From Flaccisagitta enflata (lineage: Eukaryota), in contig OZ231126.1 of the NCBI GenBank assembly GCA_965153355.1, forward strand, positions 10,974,001-11,038,000: 64,000 nt of DNA, given 5' to 3'. Below are positions 1 to 49,152 of this stretch, in pieces. The notes under the pieces are model-generated. The model saw nothing but the letters and a program-made list of their open reading frames with translations. It had not been told where the DNA came from and ran no database searches. A program made the position numbers and the translations under genes. Within the stretch, counting starts at the first letter, position 1; every line of letters starts with the position of its first letter.

Positions 1-647
1 TCAGAAAAAAGCACTAAAATTGACATCCTTTGCTTCAGTTGCATTTATTTCACTACTGTCTTAACAAAACATTTTCTTTGATGATCCAACCTAAACATCT
101 TTTCCAGAGCTTCAAAATCATCATGAATTTGATGTGAATTTTGTCAAATTTTCATGGTCAAAATGATTCAAAAAGAGACCGGTTGTTATCGCATAAACTC
201 GATTTTTTCTTGAAAATTTTCAAATCTTTTTCATGATAAAAAGGATAGAAAAAATTGTCCGATTTGAATAATTTTTTAGGAGCTGTTAGATGAAGGTATG
301 TATTGGTTTCAGTTTAAGTTTTATCCAAATCAGAGAAGGTCTACTATGGTTTTTGGATATTTATTTTTGAGCAATCATTCTTGACATGAGGTCAGAGCAG
401 AAAAGGGGTAATCTCACTCAATTAGCTCTAACTTTTTAAAGGTTTGAGTCAGAGTTCCCAGACACGACTCAAATGACAGATCTTTCGAAGAGCTTTCTAA
501 ACATCACTGATTTTGATTAGTTTTTCTCAATCTAAGGTAGATAGAATTAGATTTCAAAATTCCGCCATTTTTTATTTCCCCAAGGTTAAGGAATGAATGA
601 AGGAATGGATCATTGAATGAATGAATTGCTGACGGAACCTGACATAC

Positions 648-29550
<28,903 letters not shown>

Positions 29551-32500
29551 TTTGAGCTTCTTGACGGTCTTCAAGTTTACTCCTTCACCAACACATTAAA
29601 AGCGAGGCCGCCAAAGTGGACCAAATTCACGGTTCATAGTCAAAAAAACATTCTCATACCTTTTTTTCAGTTTGGTATGGAGCATGTAAACATGCCCTAA
29701 AAGATAGAAATTTGATCCTTTATTTTATTTTCTTATTAACTTTTTCTGATAAACGGTCGCGTCATAGTACTAAAATGTCAAATTGCCAGAGGATGCACTT
29801 CAATGAGAAATGGTTGCTTCGAAAAAAGAAGATTTGTGACAAAATCTCATTCTTCTTTCTCAAATGGATGAAAGAATTCTCTTTTTTTTTTTCTTTTTGC
29901 CGATGGCGTGACTGTGATGGCGTGAGAGAGGCCTTTTGGCGTGAGCTTCGAGCGTGACTGGGACGACGTCGATATTTGCCGCGAGCGCAAGCATCAGGGC
30001 AGATCGCATTCAATGTTTATTCCCCCCCTCTCCCCTCTCATTCCCCCTCTTTCCCTCCCCCTCTTCCTCTTCCCCCCCCCCTCTTCCTCTTCTCCCCCTC
30101 TTCCTCTTCTCCCCTCCTCCTCTTCTCTCCCTCTTCCTCTTCCCCCCTCTTCCTCTTCCCCCCTCTTCCTCTTACCCATCTTTGATCGCGCTCACGCACG
30201 CGAATCTGTTTAAGTCGGCATTATTACTAGTCCGTCAATCCGTAAGTCATAATGTACTACTAATTTGGGTTGAGTTAGTCTTTGTAATAATTTTTTTGCA
30301 TAACATCCTTCTGGCCTCGGTCTGACGGCTTCATTTTTCCCGACCCTTTGCCAGGAATTTCAGGCCAAAGGCATGACTATTTCTTTTTAAGCAGCGGCCC
30401 TGAAGGAGACGATGCCCTGTTAAACAAAGGGGGACGTTATCGTACACGATTCCATTCTTTGTTTCTTGCATCTTTCACTGTTAAGGCCATTTGTCAGCGC
30501 TGTTAGATCTTAAGATCTGCTTTCACAGGCCCTCTTAAGCTAAGATTCAGTTTTCTTATACCTAAGAAATTAACCCACTCATGGCATAACTTGAGCCTGC
30601 GTAGGCGTTAAATAGGCCCTCTCCAGCCCTGAATCGAGTTCATGCCACACGAGCAATCATCGGCTTCCTCCAGCTCATCTTCCTTCTCAGTCACAATGAA
30701 GTAACGTTTCCTTTCGTTCTTTGACGCTTTCTCCCTTTGATGCTGCTGACCCTCTTCTTTTCGCTTAAAATCACAATGCTATAAAGCGAAAGCAGGGTAT
30801 TGGGTATTGCTGAGTACATACGCCCTTCGGCGACCAATGAATTTTTCTTGCCAGTCAAAGCATTACCGATCCTAAAATCCAACTGCTCATGAAACAAGGC
30901 CAAGTAGGCAAATAGGTGCGACGTGTGGATCGTCGAACGAATGCGTTACAGACCGACAGACCAACCGACGGACACAGCCAGTTATAGAGGTGCTTTGTCG
31001 CACCTAAAAAAAGACACAAGAAAATAGGAAATTTTGCTCATAAAAATCATTTACTATCTTGTTAATAAATATATCGCCATCTCAAAAAAAAACATCAACT
31101 TTGGAAGAATGTTGCTCCTAAACAATTAAAGTTATCATAACCAGATTGGTCTCATTTTAAATATTTGTTTTTACTTGTTAAATTCTGACCAATCTGGTAA
31201 TTGTAATTTTATTTATTTAGAAGCCCCGCTTTTCCAAAATTAAGGCTTCTTTTCAGATGTTGATATACTTATTACCAAGATAATAGTTCTAAAGCTTAAT
31301 CAATGAAAATGATATTTCCGTCTGAGCTATTGCTTTTACTTTCCTTTTGTCTTCTTGTTTTGTTCTTTTTTTCTTTCATGACAGATTAAAGCTGCTGCCA
31401 TCGAGCCTCGCTAATGCACATCCGCCTTCTATGACTAGCAATTGCTTCTTGGACGGGCCAGTGAGTGTTGCTGAGGTTAACTAGCTTCAATTTCTAGTAC
31501 TATAACCAACGCCGGATACTACACGGCTACTCAAGTCGCGTAAGGGGCAATGATCAAGTCCTCACTCCACTTTTTTCAATGTTCGTATTGCTGTTGAAAT
31601 AGAAAAATCGAAATCTTAGACTGTAGTTACTTCACTGTTATGGTCCTTTTTTGCAATAAAATGTACATCACTGTTAAAATGCGGAACCAAATAAAAAAGA
31701 GCTAATTCTAGAAGAGGAATGATAGAAATCTACATTAAATTACATTATATTTTCCCCAAATTTTCTTTTTAGTCGCGTGCTACGCGACTCTATAAGCCAC
31801 TTTTCGGTCCGCCGGTCCGTCCGTCAGTCGGTCGGTCGGTCGGTCGGTCGGTCGGTCACAAATTTTTTTTTTAAGGCTTTTTATCGCTTTTAACCATCTC
31901 TAAGTAGTGGAGAAGAAGCTTGGAGCAGTAAATAGCTGTTTCAAATGTTTTTTTGAAAAAAAAAAAAACTGTTTGTCTGTCTGTCTGCCTGACTTTTTTT
32001 GAAAGTGCCGACGCACGCGACTTCGGTCTAATGACCTTGTTTTCGCTATTTCCCCCTTTGATTTCCTTCCCCATCTCCAAACCCTTGTTTTCCTCCCCTC
32101 CCCCCCAGTTTTTTCTCTTTGCCTTCAACTTAAGAATCAAAATTTGCTGCAACTTGAAATTCTCTTGACTGCTCAACCTCTTGCAGCGGTCTCATTATGA
32201 AGTCTATCATGAGAAAAATGGGGCCCTAAAAAAAGAGAGGGCGATAAATGCAAGAAATACGGTAATCATCAATTAACAGTCGTCGGGTGTAATGCTCTTT
32301 CGATGGGTATCTCTATTTTCTGCATCTGAGCATAACCTACTTCCACATTTTTGTGAATAACTGTCATTTACCCTGTACATCATTATTTGATTATGACATA
32401 ATTGACGAACCATACGGATCGTGTATTCCATTTCTTTTTAACCATATCCATGAGGAAAATGTAATCTTAGAATAAATTCAACCGAATGTCATCTTAATAC

Positions 32501-32656
32501 AAAGATAACAAAGATGTGAAATTTCAGGGGTCGGATATTACCAGGGTTTTGAAAATATTTCCAGCTCGATGCAACAATATTCAAAAGTTTGTCAGATACA
32601 AGCTACAAGCACGGTGTGTAGTGCAATATTTGGTTCATATGAGAATATGAGTTAGA

Positions 32657-39272
<6,616 letters not shown>

Positions 39273-40504
39273 CCTTTTGAGCGAATCCACGATGGATGGA
39301 GAAAATCTTTAGATGGAAAGAAACAGCAAAAAAAAAGTTAAGCAAAATTCTTCACGGGCTTTAGCATTAATCATTTGTAGTTTAAAAGAAAAGAAAATCA
39401 TCCGACCAGCGCAAAATAAGACTTTTTTTTCTGTCACTTTCCAAGGCAAATTTCTCCAAAGAAAAAAAAAACTTTAATATTGTAACTTAAGACAGAGAGA
39501 ACGGAAACTAGTGAGAGAGTAATGGATTTTGTTGCCTTTCGAAATTTGTTCTTGGCGTTTCTCTTTAAGCTCTTCAAGGCTACTTAAATAGAGCAGAACA
39601 TTGAAAATTGCCTTCGGGGACACCGGCAACAAAAAGCCGGCGCCGGTTGTCAACAAAACCGGAACTTTCGCGGGGTCACAATGTCGTTGCGGACGGGTGG
39701 GCAGGGGCAGCCAACCCCCATCTACACCCAACTCCCCACCCCACCCACCTGCCCACGTACATACACGTCCACAGCAAGCTTCTAAAACGCTTGTTTTACC
39801 ACTTTTCGACGCAATCACCTCTACGGACCAACGGACGCACCAACGGAACGACGGACCGACCAACGGACGGACGGATAAAGCCTCGTATAGAGTTGCATGT
39901 CCGCAACTAAGAAAACAAAAACAAGTGACGCGAGGTCGCAATATCGTTGCGGACGGGTGGGCATGGGCGTCCAAACCCCATCCACACCCGAACCCCACCC
40001 ATACACTCAAACATGCACGAAAAATATCTAAAACGCCCATTTTTCCACTTTTCGACCCGATCACCATGGATCGACGGACTGACGGACCAACGGATGGACG
40101 GACGGATGGACGGACTGACAAAGCCTCTTATAGAGTTGCGTGTCCGCATCTAAGAAAAAGAAAACATCGGAACCGTTTCGTGAGTTTAACAAAAAGAAAA
40201 CACCGGAACCGTTTCGTAAGATTTTTATTAGTTGCGGACACGCAACTCTGTAAGAGGCTTTGTCCATCTGTTGCTCCGTTGCTCCGTTGCTCCATGCAGT
40301 CAAAAAGTGTGAAAATGCGCATTTAAGATTTTGTGATGGTGATTTTCTGTGGGTCGGGGGAGGATGTGGATGGAAGGGGTGCGCCCCTGCCCACCCGCCC
40401 ACAACGATACTGTAACCCCGCGTCACTTGTTTGTGGCAGACTCGCATCGCCACAAGAGGATGTGTACGTAAGTCCATCTGTCAGCCAGTAGGTAACGCAA
40501 AATT

Positions 40505-40890
40505 CGGTGGTGGTGATGGTGAAAGGGGTGGTGGTGGTGATGGTGAAAGGGGTGGGGGTGAAGATGGTGAAAGAGGTGGGGGTGGTGGTGGTGATGGTGA
40601 AAGGGGTGGGGGTGACGATGGTGAAAGGAGTGGGAGTGGTGATGGTGATGGTAATGGTGAAAGGGGTGGGGGTGGTGACGGTGAAAGGGGTGGGGGTGAA
40701 GCTGGTGAAAGGAGTGGGAGTGGTGATGGTAATGGTAATGGTGAAAGGGGTGGTGGTGGTGATGGTGAAAGGGGTGGGGGTGAATCTGGTGAAAGGAGTG
40801 GGGGTGATGGTGGTGGTGGTTATGGCGAAAGGGGTGGGGGTGAAGATGGTGAAAGGGGTGGGGGTGGTGGTGGTGATAGTGAAAGGGGAG
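40505..40890. repeat. G-rich minisatellite (GGTGAAAGGGGTGGGGGT-type units)
   Basis: About 14 variable-length units, each a multiple of 3 nt. Confidence 0.9.
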
Positions 40891-42676
40891 ATGTGGCACG
40901 TGTTCATATCTCCTCATAAATCCAAATGTCTTATCTTGATATCTTGACATCATACACTTTATAATGACGCATCTATTGGACATATATATCTTTGTCCACT
41001 TTTGCACTGAACAAGCCCCAAGGGATCCGACAAAAAGGGCGTCCTCAAAAGGCCCCGACGTCGTTATTGTTCCCCAGTTTAAAAAACATGTTTATACAAA
41101 TATGTTTGCTTCATCTGTTCAATATCTTCTTTTTAAAGTGACATTTACACGCAAAGAATGACCTCGCAGTAAGGGATCTCTGAGGATATACGATTTTGTT
41201 TTATTGGTTTTAAAATTGAAATAATCCTTAAATACAAGTTATCCAGCATTATCAACTAATTCAATTCCAAAACAGTATCTACAAACAACAGTTCTTATCT
41301 TTCATTTAGATTGTGAGAATTTGCGCCAAACAGAAAAATGATAAATATTAGAGGCACGGAACTGCATTACTTGTATTCTTCATTGGGCCATTGTCATTGA
41401 TTGATTCGCGTGTCATTTACCTGCCGGTTCTTTCTCTTGCGATACAAATATCACCCCGCTTTCACGAGGTATTATCTTCGCATTACCCCATGTTTGTGCC
41501 CTTATATCATCAATTATTTTCCAGACTGTTTTCCAACGATATCTCTCTTCTTATGACTAGCGTGGTATAGCGTGGTACATGGGCAGGGGCTGTATTTTAG
41601 GTCACTTGATCACTTGGGCAGGAGCAGTGAGGCCAAACACCGTAAAAAAACAAAAAAAAAGTAAAGTGTGACCGACGGACGGACCGACCGACGGACCGAC
41701 AAAGCGGGGTGTAGAGTCGTGTAGCAAGCGACTAAAAAGTTATCGCGATAAGAAAATGCTGGAATTACTTTGAAAGATATGTTCATCAGTCCAACGATCA
41801 ATTTGTCTATTTTATTTTTGATATTTCTTTATCACAAATACACTGCTGGAAGGAGCGTTACTGCGAAATGCGATTGTGTTGAAATCCACACAATTTCCTC
41901 ATCTCTTTTAAGATTTTTTTCTCGTCAATTTCAAATCACGTTCGGTTCTTTAGCCGCGTGCTACGCGACTCAACTTTGGTCCCCCTTTCACTTCGGCGTT
42001 ATTGAGCTATCTCACTGCTCCTGCCCATATGCTCAAGTGATCTTCTTTATTACTGCCCCTGCCCATCCACACGCCACTGGGGTAGCCGTGTATCTGACGG
42101 ACTTGTAACTCACGCACGCAACTCTACACGTTGGCATGTCGGTCCATCGATCGGTCCATCCGTCGGGAATATTTATGAAATAGTTTTATCATTGTGTCTT
42201 ATTGTTTTTTTATCGAGGGACGAAGGAAGGGAGAAAGGGAGGAAGGGAGGATGGAGGAGAGGTGAGACGAAGGAAGGAAGGAAAGAAGGAGGGGAAGAAG
42301 ATACGGAGGAAAGAAGGAGGGAAAGGAGGGAGGGAGGAAGGCAGAGGAGAGGGAACAAAGGAAGAAATGTTGGAGGGAAGGAAGAAAGGAAGTAAAGGAA
42401 CGAAGGAAGGGAGGAAGGGAGGAAGGGAGGAAGGAAGGAAGGAAGGAAGGAAGGAAGGAAGGAACGAAGGAAGGAAGGAAGGTAGGAAGGAAGGGAAGAC
42501 GGGAGGGAGGAGGAAAGGCAGAAAGGAGTTAGCACCTATATAGTTGTGTGCGTAATTGTGAAATGGAGCAAGCGAGTGTTGGGCTGTTGGCCTGTTGGGC
42601 TGTTGGCCTGTTGGGCTCATTTCTTAACTTCCCCTCCGTCCACATCTCTCTGCTGCTTATTCCGCCGTTCTCTTGC

Positions 42677-43134
42677 GCGGTGACGTCATACAGGCGTTCA
42701 AAACCATTAAAGGCTTCAGCCGCGTACAAGTGGACAAATGGTTTACATTCGAGTCGGAAAACGCAAGGCCAACGAGAAGCAACACCATGATGACGGACGA
42801 AGGCGAAAAAAGACGACAATATATTATGAAGACTGAGGCAGCAAGGCTCGAGACAAGGAGAAACTCTTATCGATTAAGAGTGGCGAAAAAATGGAATGAA
42901 ATTCCGGAGTGGGTGAAAGAAAAAGACAGCGTAAATGCGTTCAAAAACGCGTACGACAAATGGACCAACCATCAATCCCGAACGTGCGAAGACGAACAAT
43001 CAGATAGACAGACAGAACAGATGGAATGAATCAATCATCTTCGCGCAATTCAATCAAGCAACGATGCCCCCATCATCGGACCCCTGCGGTCTGCCTAGGG
43101 GCGCTATACCTCTACTCTACTCTACTCTACTCTA
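42677..43134 (+). mobile_element. 5'-truncated CR1-group LINE (ORF2 C-terminus, 3' UTR, microsatellite tail)
   Basis: RGDVIQAFK..TR..R.ETRRNSY..RV..KWNEIP..V....SVNAFKNAYD is the typical CR1/L2 ORF2 end; (CTCTA)n tail; flanking repeat CTCTTGC at 42670-42676 and 43135-43141. Confidence 0.85.
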
Positions 43135-43611
43135 CTCTTGCAACCAGCTCACTCGCCTTCTTGTTACTCTTCAACTACCCCTTTCTCGCGGTTCCGTCCC
43201 TTTTTGGGCAGCGGCCCAAAGGGCCCATGTTTTCAAGAACACGGGGTGAATTTCCTTACAACTGTCCGCCCAATGTCTATGCATCCATCCTTCTCCCTCT
43301 CCTCGGAGGCCTGAGATTAGCCTTCTCAGGCCCTCTACGGCCTTTAAACCCTAACATTGTCAAGGGGCCCGGTCTAAAACAAGCCCTCTTTAGCCTGTTA
43401 ATATCGATCTCCTAAATCGATGGCGTGAAGAACTCAGCCTCATGTCAGCCCTCTTAGAACTGAATCAGGTCTATTCAGCTCTAAAACTAACCTGCAAAGC
43501 TTTCTTTTTGGCCTCCAAGGCGATGGCTGACTCCCGGCTCCCTCCAATTGTTTCAAAACTCATATTTCGAGCCTCATCCTTATCCTGATCTTCTCAGCTT
43601 ATTATAGGCGG

Positions 43612-44308
43612 AACAATATCCCTCACTTTACCCGATCTGAAAAATATGGAAGAGGGCTTTGTGAGCCCTCACTGACTAGTTACTACGCACATCACTCCTA
43701 GTTTTCCATTTAGCATAACTAACTTAGCAAACATCCATCTGAGTCTAATCCAAAACACTAATGCTTACCAAAATAGCTGAGGACAATTGATTGTTATCTT
43801 TGTTACCAAAATTCAACAAATCAACTGAGGTTAACATTGTTAAGAAACTGTACCCTTTAAGGATAGAATCGAGGTCAAGCTTAATACGACCGCCGAACAT
43901 TCTAATCCAAGGTACTGAGTAGTATGATAGGTGTAACAATATCCCTCACTATACCCAATCTGAAAAAATATGGAAGAGGGCCTTGTGAGCCCTCACTGAC
44001 TAGTTATTACGCGCATCACTCCTAGTTTTCCCTTTAGCAAAACTAACTTAGCAAACATCCATCTGAGTCTAATCCAAAAAACTAATGCTTACCAAAATAG
44101 CTAAGGGCAAATGATTGTCACCTTTGTTACCAAAATTCAACAAATCACCTGAGGGTAACATTGTTAAGAAATTATACCCTTAAAGGATAGAATCGAGGTC
44201 AAGCTTAATGCGACCGCCGGACATTCCAATCCAGGGTACTGAGTAGTATGATAGGTGGAACAATATCCCTCACTACAATCTCAAAAATATGGAAGAGGGC
44301 CTTGTGAC
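43612..44308. repeat. ~323-bp tandem repeat (2 copies plus a partial); related sequence at ~24590-24710
   Basis: AACAATATCCCTCACT recurs at 43612, 43936, 44259. Confidence 0.9.
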
Positions 44309-44560
44309 ATATATTAACCCCTAAGTTCGGCAGAATATTGGTCCCTAGCATTGGAGCTACTGCACTGCACTTACCCTGCTACATTGCCACAGTGATTGGG
44401 TAGGGTATCGGGCAACTTTTGTCAGCGTACCCTAATAACTTCAGTCAAAAACCTCACCTTTCGGGAGCGTTTTCAAATGGCGGGGGAACCAAGACACATG
44501 GCACTGGACACATGCAACAACCCAGGTATCGTGGTTGACAAATTGTGCGATAAAAGGGAC

Positions 44561-44705
<145 letters not shown>

Positions 44706-45299
44706 GGACAGACAGGCGGGCAGACAGACAGACAGACAGGCGGGCAGACAGACAGACAGACAGGCAGACAGACAGGCAGCCAGACAGAAAGATAAAAGAA
44801 AAACAAACAAACAAACAGGATGTCATAGATACAAAAAAAGTCAGATTGTAGCAAATCAGAAAGAGGGAGAGCGACAAAGACTGAACAACTGGACAGACGT
44901 GATATTGTAGTTACACCGTATTTCTCACGTCATCGTTACATTGCCGTCAATTTTTTAAAATTTAAAATAAAAGTCTTTTCATTGTAATGTTCATTTCTCC
45001 ATGTTATTGCCTATTGATGAACTATCAATGGAGTGATAGATTGTCAGGTATAGGGATTTGCCAAAACAGTATGAATTTGTCGCTTTGGTGAGATGATCGG
45101 TTTCGCTTAGCTAGTTATTCGCCTTGTCCTGAACCTAGAAAAAAGTCGCGATTTTCTTCAGGACCCGGTAAAGGATAACACCCCTTCCATAATTAAGCGA
45201 ACTGGAAAAATAATCCATATAGGTAGTAAAAATGCACTCAGAGTGATGGAATTTGACACAGAGATAGCTAAGACGTAGTACTTTGACGTAGAAAAGCGA

Positions 45300-46241
45300 T
45301 GTTGGGGACTTTCCTGCATGAAGAGGGAGATAGAGGGTCTTTTTTCAGAAGTGCGGTATCAAATTATTGCCAATTTCTATGGGGAAAATGTTTCGAAGGG
45401 AAAGATGTATAGCTTCCAGCATTTTAAGCAGATGGGATGCAAAAAAAAAAAAAAAAACGCCATATGTCACAAAATGTGGTTAGTTGATGCAGGAGAGTCA
45501 GTGGCGCCGAAAGAGGGGCAGGGAAGGCCGAGTAAACTGACAAAAGCCCGGGAAAGAAGGTGACATGTTGCAGTCATGGCAAAATAGGGCCCTTACGCGA
45601 CCACTCACTATTTTGCGTAATTGAGCTCATAAGACGTCAAATCTGCCAGGGATAAATGAAGTGCTTCACCCCACTTTTGCATCAATAATGGACTAATTAT
45701 CCATCCACAAATGTTTTCATTGCTCAAGTTGTCACTGGATACACTTGTTATGTATGTCTGTTTCATATTTTCCGCTGTAAGTTGCCTTTTGATAAGCAAT
45801 TCTCACGGCAAATGGCAAGAAAATGAAGATTTTTAGTGAAATTTTGTTGACGTTTTTTTCTATTTTCTGAGGTCGAAATTATAAGAAAGCCACAACCAAA
45901 AAAAAGTTGCATTTCCAAAAACATAGTTCTCTCTAAAAACGATTTGGGAAGAGAACTATGTTCTTTGTTTTTTCATTTTTTCATTTTCTATGCTAACTTA
46001 TAATTTCGACCAACCCCTTGTCAGTGACAAAAAAGAAATTTGTAGAAATTTTCAGTAAATTCTCCTCAATAACTTAGGCTAGATCTTCGTCTCTTGCTGA
46101 ATGGATGCAAATTTTGCTTTCAAATATCATGCATGTCTTATCTCAATAATTTTTATTTACTTGATTTTCCATTTTCACTCATGTATGTTTTCTGTTTTGA
46201 CCCATTTTGATACCCTAAATGTTGGCTTCGTGGGCACCCTG
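45300..46241 (+). mobile_element. Degraded Tc1/mariner-family element with a transposase N-terminal remnant; related copies at ~26635-27247 and ~35930-36520
   Basis: ORF 45318-45563 ends ..KEGQGRPSKL, similar to the RKxGSGRP motif of Tc1-like transposases. Terminus ...GGGCACCCTG. 45620-46241 is an inverted copy of 26635-27247. Confidence 0.55.
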
Positions 46242-47296
46242 TTATAAGGAAATAGCCGTCTACATTTTTTAGGCATTTTTTGCATTATGTTGACATAATC
46301 TACTGTTGTAGATGTTTCACATTGTCTGAATTGACTATACTTGTATTTAACAACCCTTAAACAGCGCGTTCGCCTAATTATGGAAGGGGTGTTTAAGGCA
46401 CAATTCGCGGTCTCCCAGGCGGAGCATGGGTAAAATAAGCCATTTTGGAAATCAAATAAATTCAACATATCTATACATCATTGTGAAGGTTATACATTAC
46501 TGTATATGAATTCACAATTGAAATTTGTTAGCAGGGTCAAATCTTTATGCAAATAAGGTTATAATGATATTGTTCAAAATTTTCCTTTTTTTCGAAATTT
46601 AACCATTTGATGAAGTAAGATAGATCAGTAAAGGTCTATATTGGTGCAAATAGTCAGGTGTAGATGTGTTCACACCATCTTGATCATTGGGAATGCGTAG
46701 TTTTGAATGAAATTGAATGCAAAAACCCAAAAAGTCTAAAATATCAATGTTTTGCATGTAGACAAACAAGCCACAATCACAGCGATTTTAAAGACTGGAT
46801 ATATGAATTTTGAATCTGATATGTATCTATCTGAAAACTCTTACATAGAGCTCCAAAGGCTCTCATCCTTGAGTAAAGTAGGGTTGAGTAGTAATGTTGT
46901 CCAACTTTCATAAATCTGACATTATTGAAATATATCTATATACATATATGTATACATCCATATGTATTTGAAGGTTCTATACTTGCCCGCATTGGTTTGA
47001 AAACTACCAGATGTAAAGATTGTTATTAGGATCGTGCCATATGTCTCTCTAACTAAAAAGTTGCTGAAGACAAAATAAAGACTTTTCATAAATATCCTTT
47101 ATTCATTCTTTCTTTCTTTCTTTCTTTTTTTCTTTCTTTCTTTTTTTCTTTCTTTCTTTTTTTCTTTCTTTCTTTTTTTCTTTTTTTCTTTCTTTCTCTA
47201 CTCTAGCTTTTTAAATAACAAATTTGGCTAATTGTCGTCTGTCGAAAGGTGAAATATGATTTTATTAAGCACAAGAATTGCAAATCTTTCATGGTA

Positions 47297-47539
47297 TCTT
47301 CTTCTTCTTCTTCTTCTTCTTCTTCTTCTTCTTCTTCTTCTTCTTCTTCTTCTTCTTCTTCTTCTTCTTCTTTGTCTTGTTCTCCTTTATACCCTCCATC
47401 TTCTTCCTTTTCATCTCCTTCTTCTTCTTCTTTGTTTTCGCCTTCTTCTTCTTCTTCTTCTTCTTCTTCTTCTTCTTCTTCTTCTTCTTCTTCTTCTTCT
47501 TCTTCTTCTTCTTCTTCTTCTTCTTCTTCTTCTTCTTCT

Positions 47540-47572
<33 letters not shown>

Positions 47573-47670
47573 ATTTTATCTGCTTTATCTCTTTTATCTC
47601 CTCCATCTCCTTCTGTTTTATCAACTTCTTCGTCTTCCTCTCAGATCCGTTATTGCAAAATGGAACTGCA

Positions 47671-47745
<75 letters not shown>

Positions 47746-47782
47746 CACTCACACTCACACTCACACTCACACTCACACACAC
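47297..47782. repeat. (TTC)n, (CT)n and (CACTCT)n microsatellites
   Basis: Direct observation. Confidence 0.95.
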
Positions 47783-49152
47783 AAAAATGTAGAAAAGAGA
47801 TATTATGTAGTTAGTAGAAGTGGACATAGTCGCCGTAAGCGTTAGTGTCAGCATAGGCGTCAGTTGACCAAAGATGAGACAAAAAAAGTCATCAGAAAAT
47901 ACTTTTCAGTCTTGGACAAGTGAATCTACACCCTGCCATGTTGGTAGGTAGGTCAGTCCATCCGTCCATCCGTCCGTCCACCACAGTCCAGAATTTGCAA
48001 GTTTTTTTCTAGACGCAGACACTACACCTTGCCTTTTTGGTCAGTTGGTCCGTTGGTCGGTCAAAAACATCGCTAAACTTGCGAACGGTTTTCGCATTAC
48101 TGCTCCTGCCCAATCATCTGCGACTGCATTGCCATGTACCCAGCCTTGTTTTTCATTATTGCACATGCCCAAAAGGCAGGGGTGTTTTACATACCTATAG
48201 AAAAAGTTGTCCTGTTAATGATCTGGTTTAAATCATTGGTGGAAATATCAAAGATGATGTCAGATCTCTGCTTGAGCAATCGGGTTCAAATCGTTGGTGG
48301 AAATTTTCCATATTTCAAAATACAAATTTGAAGCTTTTCTATTGACAATGTATTGACATGATGGAAATGATTAAATGTTTTTGTACAACATTGGAACACC
48401 CCTGATTGATTCTATGGTTAATCAGTCCTTTCTCTCTATTCAGCCTCTCCTGCTCATCTTCATCCTCACCCTCATCCTTCGTCTCTTCAATTTCTTGTGT
48501 CTTTGTTTCTTTGTCTCATTTCTGTATCACCTGATGAATACAATTTTCCAATGTTGTATGAAAACGTCTAATCATTTCCATCTTACCACATCTACAACCA
48601 TCCAACTTTCACTCTTCTGTTGTTTGTCATCTCACTCGTAGCATTTTTTTAAAAAGCTTGAACAGAAACAAGGCTGGATACACGGCAATCTAGTCGTGGA
48701 AGGTTTGGCAGGAGCGGCAATGCAAAAACCGCTCGCAATTCAGAAATGTTATGGACTGATGGACGGATGGACAGATGGACGGACGGACGGGTGGACGGAT
48801 GGACAGACCAACCGACACGGCAAGGTGTAGAGTTGTGTGTCCGCGACTAAAAAGAACAAGAATAGTTGATGTAATATAGTCATTTTAGTTGCGGACTCGC
48901 AACTCTATAGGCTTTGTCCGTCCACCCGTCGGTCCGTCGGTCCGTCGGTTTGTCCGTCCGTTCATTGGTTGGACCATCTGTTGGTTGGTCCGTCCGTTGG
49001 ATAGTCTGTTGGTTGGTAGGTCCAACCATTTGACTGAGCCTGAGTTGGAGTACGGGAAGATGAGCGTTTTAGAACCTTTTGAGCAGGTGTCTGTGTTGGA
49101 AAGGGTGTTGGGTGGGGCATTGGGTGTGGATAGGTGTTTGCCGCCCCTGCCC

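Noticed and set aside
39474-40477. Long overlapping ORFs of up to 241 aa
   Set aside because: Chance read-through of three adjacent HINE copies; the same peptides recur at every copy.
44340-44560. Possible minus-strand exon with a strong CAGG|GTAAGT donor and CxxCH
   Set aside because: No recognisable homology or convincing acceptor; cannot be supported from sequence alone.
47249-47845. Poly-Ser/Leu/Phe ORFs
   Set aside because: (TTC)n and (CT)n microsatellites.
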